DNA of 64,000 nt from NCBI GenBank assembly GCA_951406725.2, contig OX597832.1, positions 23,188,001-23,252,000 on the forward strand, written 5' to 3'. This DNA comes from Octopus vulgaris (lineage: Eukaryota). The translations under genes were made by a program, and so were the position numbers. Below, in pieces: positions 1-13,831 of the stretch (position 1 is its first letter; every line of letters begins with the position of its first letter). The notes under the pieces are model-generated. The model ran no database searches. It saw only the letters and a list, made by a program, of their open reading frames with translations, and was not told where the DNA came from.

Positions 1-484
1 TATATATATATATATATATTTAAACAAATGTGTGCGATTACTCATGGATGCGTTCATGCGTATGTTTGTTTGTGCGTTACCCTTTTAACAAGGCGAATAA
101 GTGTGTTTTCTTTCTTTATATTCAGGAAGAAGAATAGAAGAGAATTAGGCAATAACAAAACATTAAAAATTCAAACAAGCTGCGGAATGAAAAGAAGAAC
201 ATAAACTTATTTATGTTGATTCAACCAGAGTGTGTAAGGTAATGCAATGTGACAGAGTCTTTCATAGCTTATATGAAGGAACTACAAATTTTCACCGCTT
301 TTTTGGTTTTTATATAACATTTCCAATTGTATATTGTCTTATAGTGCGGATTTACAACGTGTTTGCAAAAGCTCTGTGTGACATCTGAATCAGTTCTCAA
401 AAGAAACATAGTACCTATTTTCGTTCTCAAGTTAGTTTAAATCTCGGGTGGGGAAAAGAATTGGTGTTCGTTCGGTAGATTTCA

Positions 485-613
485 GTGATACTTCTGATCA
501 ATTGGTTGGCCCGCTTTTGGGGCGTAGGCAGAGATAATTGTAGCTGTGCTGTTCTGCAGGACTAGCCTAAGCTTAATCACTCTATCACATACCCTGATAA
601 ACTCTATGATGTT
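485..613 (-). pseudogene. RTE-type LINE APE endonuclease fragment
   Basis: Manual minus-strand translation gives NIIEFIRVCDRVIKLRLVLQNSTATIISAYAPKAGQPIDQKYH, matching the 'RVSDRI..LRL...IISAYAP' block of RTE APE domains. Confidence 0.7.
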
Positions 614-620
614 TATCTAC

Positions 621-1005
621 CCATGAGATAAGACAGAGAGACAAAATAAACTAGCAATATGGCGCGATATAAACATTTAAGGTGGTTCTTGGAGTCGGGG
701 TCTTGACTGCTATTTCGGCATGGTGGTATCTCTCAGATACCACCATGGCGGCGAGCTGGCAGAAACGTTAGCACGCCGGGCGAAATGCGCAGCCGTATTT
801 CGTCTGCCGTTACGTTGTGAGTTCAAATTCCGCCGAGGTCGACTTTGCCTTTCATCCTTTCGGGGTCGATAAATAAAGTACCAGTTACGCACTGGGGTCG
901 ATGTAATCGACTTAATACCTATGTCTGTCCTTGTTTTTCCTTTCTATGTTTAGCCCCTTGTGGGTAATAAAGAAATAGGTATCTCTCAGATACCCTTATT
1001 TATAG
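621..1005 (+). repeat. Rearranged partial copy of the 1275-1503 module, interrupted by a SINE
   Basis: 621-657 is an approximate reverse complement of ~1376-1412. 660-741 plus 978-1005 match ~1410-1503 in direct orientation. Confidence 0.7.
747..977 (+). mobile_element. SINE family A (tRNA-like head, Nin-like central domain), full length, 17-bp TSD
   Basis: GGCGGCGAGCTGGCAGAAACGTTAGC...GAGTTCAAATTCC (B-box-like)...GCCTTTCATCCTTTCGGGGTCGATAAA...AAAGAAATA. TSD GGTATCTCTCAGATACC at 725-741 and 978-994. Confidence 0.9.
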
Positions 1006-1298
1006 TTTTAAATAATTATTACCTTTGTATGGCACTTATTCCCATGCTGGCCACTTGATAAGATCGATATTTAAATATCGATATTAACCTTATTTATAAA
1101 TTTATATAATTCGTCAATGTATTCACTGCGGTGTTTACTTTTGACCATATAGCGCTTGTGAGGTGGTTGGCAGACATTTTGGACTGGTCCTGTACATACG
1201 TGCATATATATGTATGTAAGGACGTTCGTATATGTAAGTATAACGTGTGTTCTGTATATATATATATATATATTTGTATTTATGTACCCATCTAGTAT

Positions 1299-1357
1299 AT
1301 TCAACTGACGAAGGCAGAGCTTATTAGAAGCAAAGTCAGAAATCCAGGATCTTGAAT
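1299..1357 (+). ncRNA. Type I hammerhead ribozyme
   Basis: ATTCAA-CTGACGA-stem II-GAAA-TCCAGGA-TC-TTGAAT. Stem I is ATTCAA/TTGAAT, stem III is near-palindromic, stem II is imperfect. Confidence 0.7.
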
Positions 1358-1621
1358 TATCCAGTAAAATCTTTTTTGCTGTTTTATTTTGTCTCTCTGT
1401 CTTATCTCATGGTGCGATATGAACATTTAAGGTGGTTTTTGGAGTCGAGGTATTGACTGCTATTTCGGCATAGTGGTATCTCTCAGATACCTTTATTTAT
1501 AGTTATATATATATATTTATATATATATGGAGAAGCTTCTTTCAGTATCCGTCAATCAAATACAGTCACAAAGATGTCACACATTGGGACTCAATCAGGA
1601 ACTATGCGATTAGGAACCATG

Positions 1622-1680
<59 letters not shown>

Positions 1681-1683
<3 letters not shown>

Positions 1684-1890
1684 AATGTGACCGCCTGTGT
1701 ACCGTTGGCGATTTTTTTTCCTCTGTCTTCCCTTCTCTAGATCTTTCCTTTTCCTATGTTTCCGACGAAGAGCTCCGCTCGAAACGTTAAACCCTCCTTC
1801 TTTCCTTCTTTCCTGAGCGTCCAATAATACTATATTTGTTCCACGTCCTCGCGTTGTTGTGTTTTTTTGTACTTTTTTGTTTGGATTAAC
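1681..1890 (+). repeat. Short PLE pLTR-like module in (TA)n with degenerate minimal hammerhead (1758-1792)
   Basis: GTTT-CCGACGA-A-GAGC TCC GCTC-GAAAC GTT-AAAC, with the core U4 changed to C. TA repeats on both sides. Confidence 0.55.
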
Positions 1891-1939
1891 TTTATATTTA
1901 TATATATATATATATATATATACAGACACACATATATAT

Positions 1940-2145
1940 TCTTTTATCCTTTTACTTGTTTCAGTCATTTAAGTGTGGCCATAGTCGAGTGATCGGACTC
2001 CAAGACTTATTCTTTATAAGCCTAGTAGTTATTCTATCGGGCTGTTTTGCAGAACTGCTAAGTTACGGGGACGTAAACACACTAGCATCGGTTATCGAGT
2101 GATGTTGGAGGACAAACCCCCACACGCAAACACATACACATACAC

Positions 2146-2202
<57 letters not shown>

Positions 2203-2428
2203 TAAGAGAGTAACCACCATGTGGTCTACTTGAATTATTAGTTGATTATATATATATATATATATACGACGAGCTCCTTTCAATTTCCATCTACCAAATC
2301 CACTCACAGGGCTTTGGTCGAACTGAGGCTAATAGTAGAAGACACTTGCGCAAGATGACATGCATTGGGACTGAACCCAGAACCATGTGGTTGGTATGCA
2401 AGCTACTTACCGCACGGCCACTCCTACA
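1940..2428 (-). mobile_element. SINE family B (tRNA head, CORE-like domain, internal microsatellite, LINE-like tail)
   Basis: Reverse complement of GGAGTGGC(C/T)GTG(C/T)GGTAAGTAGCTTGC...GGGTTCAGTCCC...TGACTGAAACAAGTAAAAG. Homologous to copies at 18143, 40744 and 52765. Confidence 0.85.
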
Positions 2429-2523
2429 CGTATATACGAAACGTTGTAAAAATAAATAAGAAGCTTTCTCCATCTAATGAGAGTCTAATATTACTTTGAA
2501 TGCTTCATACTCCATGCATTATA

Positions 2524-2574
2524 TGCACTACGAATAGTTTCACGTACATACAGTACGTACGTTCATCAGGTGCA
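2524..2574 (-). ncRNA. Type I hammerhead ribozyme
   Basis: Minus strand reads TGCAC-CTGATGA-ACGTAC..GTACGT-GAAA-C TATTC G-TA-GTGCA. Stems I and II are perfect and the core is intact. Confidence 0.85.
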
Positions 2575-3757
2575 GAGTGAACTATGCAACCAGGATTTTA
2601 CGTTTAAATAGAGAACAAGTGTGAAGCGATGCAAATGCAGAACGTACCTAATTAAAGATCCCAAGATGGGTGAATGAATAATAAAAACAAAAAAACACCA
2701 GAACAAAAGGATTTCAAATAAAAATTATATATATAATATTCAAATTTATATTCAATATATATTTTGAAATGTAATTTTGAAAACTTATATATGCGCGAAT
2801 GAATAGGTAAAGTAAGAAGAAAAATACAAAATAAAAATATATATATAAAAGAAAAACTGAAATTATATTATATGTACGAAGCCTTCATACATACACAAAG
2901 CCACACACAGTATACACACTATGCAAAATATATTAAATATACAATGTAAATAAATATACAAAAATGATGTACATACAAGGGGAAAAATTTGGTAGAGAAT
3001 ATATAATCGTGTATATATAATTGGTAAAATTTAAAGGTCGATAATATGAAACAAAAATGAAATGAAAAGATGGAGAAATTGTAAATGTTGATATAACTCG
3101 ACGCTACTCTCTTTGTATTCCAAACGTTATGGAAAATGCAAAAAGGTGAAATAAAATTAGAAAAATTCGAAAACATAGAACAAACCTAGAAAAAATATTT
3201 AAAAATTATAGTGAGATAATAAGTTTAAGTAAAATGTGGGTCATCCACTTTCGGTGAAATCTTTCAATTTTTTCAGAATATACTTACGCCTATGTCTACA
3301 CTCACTGAATATCTCTGATCTTCAGTTCAAAATTGAGTTCGGAATTTTAGATCTGAATAGAATTTGCCCCTTTTCAGCCAAGTAAAACCCACATTTATTG
3401 GATCCTTTCATGTATGGCTTTGACTTTTCTGTTAATTTTCATTTAATAGTATATGGAATATCACTCATTTTCAGCGCCCAAATGTGGATCGCAAACTTTA
3501 TAGCTTTGTTCTCCTCACTATGGCGGAAGGATGCCATATGATAGTTATATCGTTTTTAAAATTTCCTTTCGCGTAGACCAATGTGGGTTTTCGTATCAGT
3601 TAAATCGCTGTTACTAATGTTTGCCGAGGACTCTGCTTCGTATACGATGGAATTAGTTAAACACTATTGGTCTAGCAGACAGGATTCCACATTACGACAG
3701 TGACAGCCTGGGTTCGCTTCTTGCTGGATCCTGTGTTTGATAATATTTTTTGTGTTA

Positions 3758-4016
3758 GAGCATTGAGATAAGCTGTTTAATATATATAGACCTACCAGAG
3801 ATACGTTATGGCTGCTGTGTTTCATTACAGGAGAATAGATTTTCCTTTACGACAAATACGACCAAGACACACTCTATTTAATATGTGCACGACGAGCACA
3901 CATTCTACTTTCTGGTGTTATAAAAAAAACATCTTCAAACTCTTCCTAGATTCAATAGACGCGTGTGCCTTTGGCTGACGAGAGACAACGTTGTCGAAAC
4001 ACCGGGTGTCACAGAG
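3758..4016 (+). repeat. Direct repeat copy 1 (pLTR-like) ending in a hammerhead-like motif (3969-4016)
   Basis: Matches 5622-5924. Contains CTGACGA-GA-GACAACGTTGTC-GAAACAC CGG GTGTC. Confidence 0.7.
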
Positions 4017-4949
4017 TCTCTTGCATTAATAGATGATCGGTTTGATTGTCGCTACTCACTGTGAATGTCGCAACATAATTTTATGAAATATTGATAGAAA
4101 TGTTTTCCTTCGTTTACTCCTATTTATTTCTACATTGTACAATAATATTTAGACGATTATATAGAACGTTGTAGTAATATGCTAAATTATTTATTTGATT
4201 AATAAAATATCGAATAATGTATCAAGTTTGAAATTTAAAAGTTTTGAAGCTTTTAAAGTTCTGCATACGCATTTCATGAGTAATTAAAAACGAAGTATAA
4301 TTAGCATTGATTGATTTCAGTTAAACAAACAAGTGAGTATAATCATAATAGAAACAGAAGTTTGAATACAAAAAAATAATTACCTATCACTCAATTGTTT
4401 ACCGGATTAACGAAGACTGTTGCTGGAGATAAGTTTTAAGATGATTTTATGTATCATGATCTCAAAGTGAATCTGTTCAAATGAAGAAAAATGGCGACGA
4501 TGAATATCACAATGAATAAACTATTCATTTAATCAACAAAATGATTTTAGAAATGAAAATAAACCAAATTAGAGAGCGTAAGTGAATGCAGTATGAATGT
4601 ATAATGTACTTGAAAATAAATGCTTTATACGAACTGTCAAATCTACTAAGATAGATAAATAAAGAGCGAAACGATGTTTAGGTGAATATGTCGTATTCGC
4701 AGATATTTATCTGGTACTGCTTCCAAGTGGAAAGTTGTAACATTTATCATTTGCCGATCATTAATTTGGAAAGAACGTCATGTTGTATTTTCGACATCGG
4801 TAGTTCGTGGGTATTTTTACAATATTTATTGCAACAAATAAAGATTAATTTTTTATTCTTATTATTCCACCTTTATTTACGGATTATTCTATAAATCTGT
4901 GGTTAAACACGTATTGATTTTTAGCCTTTTAAAATGGATTCACACCTGA

Positions 4950-5480
4950 CATATATCAGTCATTACATTCTGTATGAATTCAAAAAGGGTTCTTTAGCAA
5001 TCGAGCTAGAACGAAATATCCTATTATATTCTGCTATTTTAAAATGATGTTAGATAAGATCCAACGAAATTTGTTACCACCCAATGAAAAAAGGAGAATC
5101 CAACCCCAGCGTTAAGAAGATATAAACCGCGTTTGGTGCGATATGTAGTGTGTCGTCTATCGTAAATCTTTAAACCAAGACGAGGCAGTTAATAGAGCCA
5201 AGTATTGTCGTCAGCTGGAAGCATTGCACAAACATTTGCAGAAAAAGCATTTGTCAGTCATGAAGGCGCGATGCTCTCACATAATAAGGCAAAACAACAC
5301 GTCGACCAAGTCACTCAGGGAATAGAATACGGCACTAAATATCGACATTTTGCCTCAATCTCTTTATTCGCCCAGCCATCATCTTTTCAGATCATTAAAA
5401 CGTTGTTTAGAGGGAAAACAATTAGTTGTGAAGAGGATAGAAATCATACTGTGTATTGATTTGTTTCGAAAACTACCTGA
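4950..5480 (+). pseudogene. Highly decayed mariner transposase remnant
   Basis: LYEFKKG near 4970, an 'AVNRAKYCRQLEAL' block, and HNKAKQH resembling HDNARPH, with many frameshifts. Confidence 0.55.
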
Positions 5481-5621
5481 AGAGGTTTTATATATAGATA
5501 TGTAAATTTCTCATTAATTTTATGGTACGGCTTATATGAAAAGGTATCAAGATCTAATGAAACATCCAAATACTCAACTGTTGAAAGATTTATAACAACT
5601 CATTTTCAAGCCTAACTGGTT

Positions 5622-5924
5622 GAGCGTTGAGATAAGCTGTTTTCGATAGACGATACATACCAGCATCATGAGATGGGTATATATTCTTCAATATGTTTAA
5701 TATACATAGGCCGACTAGAGATACGTTATGGCTGCTGTGTTTCGTTACAGGAGAATAATTTCTCCTTTACGACAAATACGGTCATGACACTATTTATTAA
5801 GTGCACGACCAGCACACATTCTGCTTGCTGGTGTTAAAAAGATCTTCAAACTCTTCCTAGATTCAATAGATGCGCGTACCTTTCGCTGACGAGAGACAAC
5901 GTTGTCGAAACACTGGGTGTCACA
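5622..5924 (+). repeat. Direct repeat copy 2 with hammerhead-like motif (5881-5924)
   Basis: Homologous to 3758-4013. Similarity stops 3 nt after the GTC cleavage triplet at 5919-5921. Confidence 0.7.
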
Positions 5925-6202
5925 ATACGACTGAGGGTTTAACAATTTGCCAAATATATGGAGTTATATTATGAATAATGAAGACAATTATATTATCTTC
6001 ATTACTATATAATTTAAGACCATATGAGCATTTGTTTCTTTTCAACCTTGAAATGCGACTGGTGTTTCTTACCAAACTAATTAATAAGGAAGCATAAAAT
6101 TGTATTTACAACCCCAACGACTGGTTATAAATTTAGTAGTTTTATACTAATATATGGATATGGAAAAGTAGAAATATCGTTAAAATATATGGGTAAATAT
6201 AA

Positions 6203-6406
6203 AGGCGGCGAGCTGTCAGAAACGGGCGAAATGCGTAGCCGTATTTCGTCTGCCGTTACGTTCTGGATTCAAATGCCGCCGAGGTCGACTTTGCCTGTCA
6301 TCCTTTCGGGGTCGATTAAATAAGTACTAGTTATGCACTGGGGTCGATGTAATCGAATTAATCCGTTTGTCTGTCCTTGTTTAGCCCCTTGTGGGTTGTA
6401 AAGAAG
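6203..6406 (+). mobile_element. SINE family A
   Basis: Homologous to 747-977 with small deletions. Confidence 0.85.
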
Positions 6407-6535
6407 TATATATAGGTAGGAGATAAGACTACGTTGACTTAACATCTTATACTAAAATTTTATACTAAAAGTCTCGTTCTTATACCAGAAATTATAAATA
6501 TATATACATACGGAGGAGACAGACAGACAGAGAGA

Positions 6536-6573
6536 TCAATAAATAAATAAATAAATAAATAGATAGATATATT

Positions 6574-6604
<31 letters not shown>

Positions 6605-6641
6605 GATAGATAAATAGATAGATAGATAGATAGATAAATAA

Positions 6642-6733
<92 letters not shown>

Positions 6734-6765
6734 TTAGATAGATAGTTAGATAGATAGATAGATTG
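6536..6765. repeat. (TAAA)n/(TAGA)n microsatellite
   Basis: Read directly. Confidence 0.95.
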
Positions 6766-7749
6766 ACACGTATATAAAAACTTGAATTTTACTGCGAAAT
6801 TTTAACCACTACTACAAATATCTATATAAATATGTACGGGTGTATACTGATATATACATACATATACACACATGTACATATGCACACTCACTCGCCCCAG
6901 ACACACTCACACACAAAAGCGTACTTATGCAAATATATGTGAGCGTAGCTGCGAGTGTATGTTCTTTGCATCTACTTTCATCTGTTGCATTGCCTTAATC
7001 TATTAGTTTCTCTAACTAGAAAAAAAAAATCAATGAAGAAAATGTAGCAGGACTGATGATTTCATAAGAGATTATTCTGTTTGGTTCTCGATTATATAAA
7101 TAAAATATCTTGAAAGAAAAAAAACTATTATCAAGCGAGCAGTGGCAGCACTTTCGTAAGAATATACCTGTTCAATATCTGGTAAGGAAATTGATTTCTC
7201 TGAAGCTCGAAATTCTAACCATTTCACACCAACAATTATCTAACGTCAAAATTATCTAATTCCAGATTATATTAAGATTAACAATTGCAAACAAAAATCT
7301 TTAAAACTCTATTAGAACAGAAATTATATAAGAGGAAATGTCTGTATTTTGTGGCATAAGTACTAAATATGTATTTATTTCTGTTTGTTACATTTAATAT
7401 TAGATATGCTTTCTAAAATGGTATATTTTTTAACCAAACAAAATAGTTCGCCTTTTAAATACTATGACGTGTGTCTGGCGCTAAGAGCTGGCACTTGTAT
7501 CATGTTCATAATCTAGAAGATAACAAAAATCAAAGAGTATTCGAGAAATACGAAGATGAATTCGAAGGAAGCCACGAGGAAATTGAAATATTCTATTAGC
7601 AGTAATGCAGTATAAAATTTTGAGTATGCATGTATATATATACACACATATATGCATGCGTGTATGAGTGTATGTGTCTGTCTACCTCATCTCTCTGTCT
7701 CTGTCTCCTCCTTCTCCCTCTCTCTCTATATATATATAAAGAGTGACAG

Positions 7750-8073
<324 letters not shown>

Positions 8074-8890
8074 GGGCATACATATGAGTAAAGATAAATA
8101 TGAATATGTACATATATGATACGATTTATATATATATATATATATACACATACATACATACATATATATATATATGCATGTATGTATGCATGTATGTATG
8201 TGTGTGTGTGTTTATTGATGTATGCATCTATGTATGTATAAATATACATATTGACATATATGTAGTTATTATTATAAGCGAAGATATATATTCATGTATA
8301 CTTATACACATATCTAAGTGAATATACATGTGTAATGCACAGTACATATCGCATACACACAGTCATATATATTTGCATACGCGTACTCACATACATTTAC
8401 ATATTTATATACATGCTTATATAAATAAATACTAAATATCTATTTATTTCTATTTGTTATTATCATTATATTATATTTGCTTCATAAAATATCATAAGTA
8501 TCATAGCAATCATTACGGAACAGAGATATCAAATTTTCAAAAAAATATTTTATTAATTCGCTTAGATTTCAAACATTTAAAGTCACGTCGTGAATATAAT
8601 TAGGTTTTGGCAGCCATTGCAGTGTCTGGTCTTTACGCGCTAATCTTTCTCTAATTAGTGAAATTTTCGGGTTTCCCTAATAAAAGTGACGAGGAATAGA
8701 TTTGGCAATAAGTATGTCTATCAATGATAATACTTTTTGTTCAATAGAATTTGTTTTAAAATCTATATCTGTATCTAGCAATCTCTTCCCTTCTCTATTT
8801 GTATGTGTCTCTATACATATATGTACGTGTGTATGGTGAGAGAGTATATGTATGTATACACACACACTCATACACAGACGCACACGCATA

Positions 8891-8946
<56 letters not shown>

Positions 8947-9002
8947 CATAAATATTTATGTATACGAATGCGTTTATCTACCAATCTATCTTTCTTTATA
9001 TA

Positions 9003-9079
<77 letters not shown>

Positions 9080-9442
9080 GCATATATATATACATACATA
9101 CATACATACATACATACATACATACATACATACATACATACATACATGATATTGATTTCTCCAGTAGAACTGCTTATAGCGATTTAAAAATAAATAACGT
9201 GTTGAAGATTTTCAGAGATGAATTAGCTGTCTAGATGTAGAATTATTTCAGCTAAGGATTGGAAAAATATTTAATATGTTGTGCATTTAGTAATCTTCAC
9301 AGTTACTGGATATTAATAATACTAAAGCAATATTAACAACTTATGACAGCTGCATCGCGGAAATATACATTTTTGGACATGTATATGCATTCATATATAC
9401 CTAAATATATACAGTGTAAATATATACAGTGTATATATATAT

Positions 9443-9630
9443 GAGTCGCCATGATAGATCGTTAGCCACTACACACATGTTTTTCTCTCCTTGTTTTTTT
9501 CTGTGTCCCTTTCTGTAGAAGAGCATAGGCTCGAAACATAAGACTTTTTCTATGTCTGAGCGTTATACTAATACTTCTGTTTGTTTTGTACACCACCTGT
9601 CTTCGTCTTTTGTTTTTTTTCGTAAACTCT

Positions 9631-9635
<5 letters not shown>
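9443..9635 (+). repeat. Short pLTR-like module in (TA)n with degenerate hammerhead-like motif (9509-9544)
   Basis: Homologous to 50875-51037. Contains CTTT-CTGTAGA-A-GAGC ATAG GCTC-GAAAC. Confidence 0.6.
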
Positions 9636-9719
<84 letters not shown>

Positions 9720-10193
9720 GTGAGTGTGTGCGCACGCATGTGGGCGTGTGTAAATTTATCAATATACTACAAAGAATAATCAAAAGCAACTTCTATATCA
9801 AAATTACATAGTTACAATATATAACACGAGATACCTAATCACTGCCTTCTCAAAGCCAGATATCTAGACCTACTTCCGTGTAAGTTGAGCACATACATTG
9901 AAAAGATAAAGGAGAAGTGGAGCCGTGGTGGGTATCGAAATTTACTTCTCAATTAAAAATGTTCGCTTTAGTCTGAATTTTCTACAAAACAAAATGTTAC
10001 CTTATAATCATATTTCTTTCCTCGAATAATGGTTATCTATTTTACATTATCAACAAGAACTTGTGTATACTGCGATTCCTAAGTGTTAACTGTTTAATGT
10101 CAGCGTGACGAATATGAGAATATGATATCCATTCTTTGGAAAAAATGGTTCGCCTCATTAACAAAGGCTTTCAGTGCGTCTTATCTTCTTACC

Positions 10194-10520
<327 letters not shown>

Positions 10521-10682
10521 TTGTTTCATGTCTATATGCACATGTGTGTGTATGTGCGTGTATGTGTGTTTGTGTGTGAGATATGTACAGAAATATCTAT
10601 CGACTTATCATTCTTGCTCGCTCTCTCTTTTCACACTCATAAGCACACACACACATACACGCACGCACATAGACACACACAG

Positions 10683-10713
<31 letters not shown>

Positions 10714-11616
10714 CGCACGCACAGATAGATATATGGAAATTTAGGAATAACAATTTTACATTCAATATTGAGAGCACGCCTATATGTATATGAGTGAGCC
10801 TGCATGTATATGAGTATATGTATTTGAATAAGTCTGTGTGTATATGTAGAAATTGCAGCAGTATTCGGCCATTAACGTGTCCCTTATATCTACATATTCT
10901 GCGAAATTTCAACACTTAAAAAAAATGCCAAGCATTAATTTACATGGAACTTCAGAAAAACAAATCTGTTTTAGCGTTTTCCTTTCCATCATTTGTATTC
11001 ATTTCTCCATTCTGAATGTGTTGATGTATATTTATAAATGTTGAAGGATTTCATTTCTTCTATTTCTATCTTTATGTTCTTTTTATGTGTGAGCTTGCGT
11101 GCATAAACATGCGCGCACACACTACCCACACAATTACATGCACAATACACAGGCACACACAGTTCTAAGATAGACAGTCAGATAAATCCATGTATACATA
11201 GATATATACATACGTACATACATAAAGAATTTAGGCGTCTCAAAAACCAGAAAGGAGAAAGCAAATTCGAAAACTACTGATCCAATCATCACTGAAACTA
11301 TAAAAAATCGCTAAAACTTTGCAGATCTTTATCAGTTAAATATATATGAGCATGTCTGTATATGGAACTATATGCATGAGAACAATTAATATAAAGTAGA
11401 ACATACAAATCTGCACATATACATACATACATACATACATACATACATACATACAAAAATAGGCTGTTGTTGATGTTGAAATTCCAATGAAGGAGCCTGA
11501 ATCTAGGTTAGAAACCGGTCCTTTCTCTATTGGCGAGAAATCTTGAAATAAAACTGAACAATGACATACATACATATGTAACTATCTCTCAATCTCTCTG
11601 ACATACCATATATATG

Positions 11617-11693
<77 letters not shown>

Positions 11694-11735
11694 GGTTAAG
11701 TAATTGAGATTCAAGTGAATTCTAATGAATTCACA

Positions 11736-11844
<109 letters not shown>

Positions 11845-11856
11845 GTATATATATTT

Positions 11857-12260
11857 AGGCGTGACTTTGAGGTAGGAACCTTGATTCTCAACCACACGGT
11901 TCTGGGTTCAGTCCCACTGTGCGGCACTTGTGCAAGTGTCTTGTATAGCCTCCGGCCGACCAGACTTTTGCAAGTAGATTTTGCATGCAGAAACCGAGAG
12001 ACCTGTATGGGGGTGCGCGCATATATGTGTGGGTGTGTGTATTTATGCGTCTGTCTGTGTTTGTCCCCCTGCCATTGCATGACAATTGATGCTGGTGTGT
12101 TTACGTCCCCATAACTAGCGGTTCGACAAAATTTCGACCGATAGAATAAGTTCTAGGCTTAAAAAAATAAATTCTGGGGCCGATTTCTTCGACTGAAAAC
12201 CCTTGAAGGCAGTGCTCCAGCATGGCCGCAATCAAATGACTTCTACAAGTAGAAGAATAA
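11857..12260 (+). mobile_element. SINE family B, diverged
   Basis: GGGTTCAGTCCCACTG head, GCTGGTGTGTTTACGTCCCC body and GGCAGTGCTCCAGCATGGCCGCA tail. Confidence 0.8.
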
Positions 12261-12920
12261 AGGAACACACTCGTATATTTCTACAAACATATCAGCGTGT
12301 GTAATTGCTTCCGAGCGTCTGTGTATAATTACCGTCTGCTTAATCAATGATAAACTTGAATGTCCTGCCATAGCTGTACATATATGGCAGGCGTAATTAT
12401 TAAATTGAGAAATCATGAAGTTTAATCAATACATCCGAAGGCTAAATAATGTAATACACATCATTAAGTCATTAATAATAATGAGAAGAAAAAAACCCAG
12501 AAATTATTTGACTTTTATCCAGAAATCTCAGCTGTGAAAATACTGGCAGTGTTTTTTCTAGCTTTTAGAGACGTAACTGAATTGTTCGATCGTCTGTATA
12601 TGTGTGGCTTCCCAACCTTTTGTCTGTCCCTCACTCATAGGAAATGCTTGATTAATTTTTGCACCTCCTACTGAAGTGTTATCACAGTTGAAGTCGAAAA
12701 AGTCAATTTTCTTTATAACGAATTTTTTTAAAAAAGGAAAAATTGAACTACGAATAATAAATCTGGGTGAAAAATTTAAAGTGAACCAACAAGGTCTTGA
12801 CGCAGTGTGTAAAAATTTAAATGAACAAGATAATGGGTAAAATCTATAAACAGTGAAATTAATAATAATTCTGAATATAAAAGGTTAAACGTACTTGCAG
12901 AGAGTAATAAACGTTTTGAA

Positions 12921-13150
12921 GCGGCGAGCTGGCAGAAACGTTAGAACATCGGGCGAAATGCGTAGCCGCATTTCGTCTACCGTTACGTTCTGAGTTCAAA
13001 TTCCGCCGAGGTCGACTTTGCCTTTCATCTTTTCGGGGTCGATTAAATAAGTACCAGTTACGCACTGGGGTCGATATAATCGACTTAATCCGTTTGTCTG
13101 TCCTTGTTCGTCCTCTCTGTGTTTAGCCCCTTGTGGGTAGTAAAGAAATA
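12921..13150 (+). mobile_element. SINE family A with probable TSD AGTAATAAACGT
   Basis: Near-identical to 747-977. AGTAATAAACGT occurs at ~12903 and ~13151. Confidence 0.9.
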
Positions 13151-13214
13151 AGTAATAAACGTGTTGATGTGCTTAAAAAAATAAAGGCATTAAAAAATCA
13201 AATAATAGAACATT

Positions 13215-13455
13215 CTAAGGCGTTGCGGTGTCAGAATCACTGGCACGCCGGACAACATGTTTAGCAGCATTTTATCCGTCTTTATGTTCTGAGTTCGAAT
13301 TCCACCAAGGTTTATTTTTCATCCTTTCGAGATCGGTGAAATAAAGGGCATAACGCACCGCCGGTGATTGAACTTACGTTGTTACGATCGCACTGGAGTC
13401 GATATAATTGATTTACCCCATCTCTCAAAATTGCTGGCCTCGTGCCGAAATTTGA
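13215..13455 (+). mobile_element. Diverged SINE family A-like copy
   Basis: GAGTTCGAATTCCACCAAGG...TTCATCCTTTCG...CACTGGAGTCGATATAAT. Confidence 0.6.
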
Positions 13456-13479
13456 AATCATTATTAGAACATTCGTGGT

Positions 13480-13776
13480 GGTTCCCAGTAAGGGTCTCTG
13501 GAGCAATGTTACTTCACTGGGAAGTCTCAGCTGTTCGAGGTGCTATTTCTCCTCATTCACAGCTCACAACTCCAGTACTATGAATATATGATGTGAAGGC
13601 CGGAGTATTCGAGCGGTTCCAAGCAGTGCTGTTTTCTGCAAGTGATCCACCCTTATTGCAGCCTCTCTTTGCTCTTTGTACTTCTCAAGATTTTTACTCA
13701 TTGTTTCCAGGGCTCCAACAATTATTGGTACTACTACCACCTTTTTCATCGACCACAACTGCTTAACCTCCCAAGC
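13480..13776 (-). pseudogene. 5'-truncated R4/Dong-like RLE element (C-terminus and 3' UTR) next to (AAT)n
   Basis: AWEVKQLWSMKKVVVVPIIVGALE...LQKTALLGTARILR parallels the C-terminus of ORF 59137-61308 (KMWKLKTKTIPVVIGALG...VQKIVLMGTAHILR). Confidence 0.85.
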
Positions 13777-13831
<55 letters not shown>

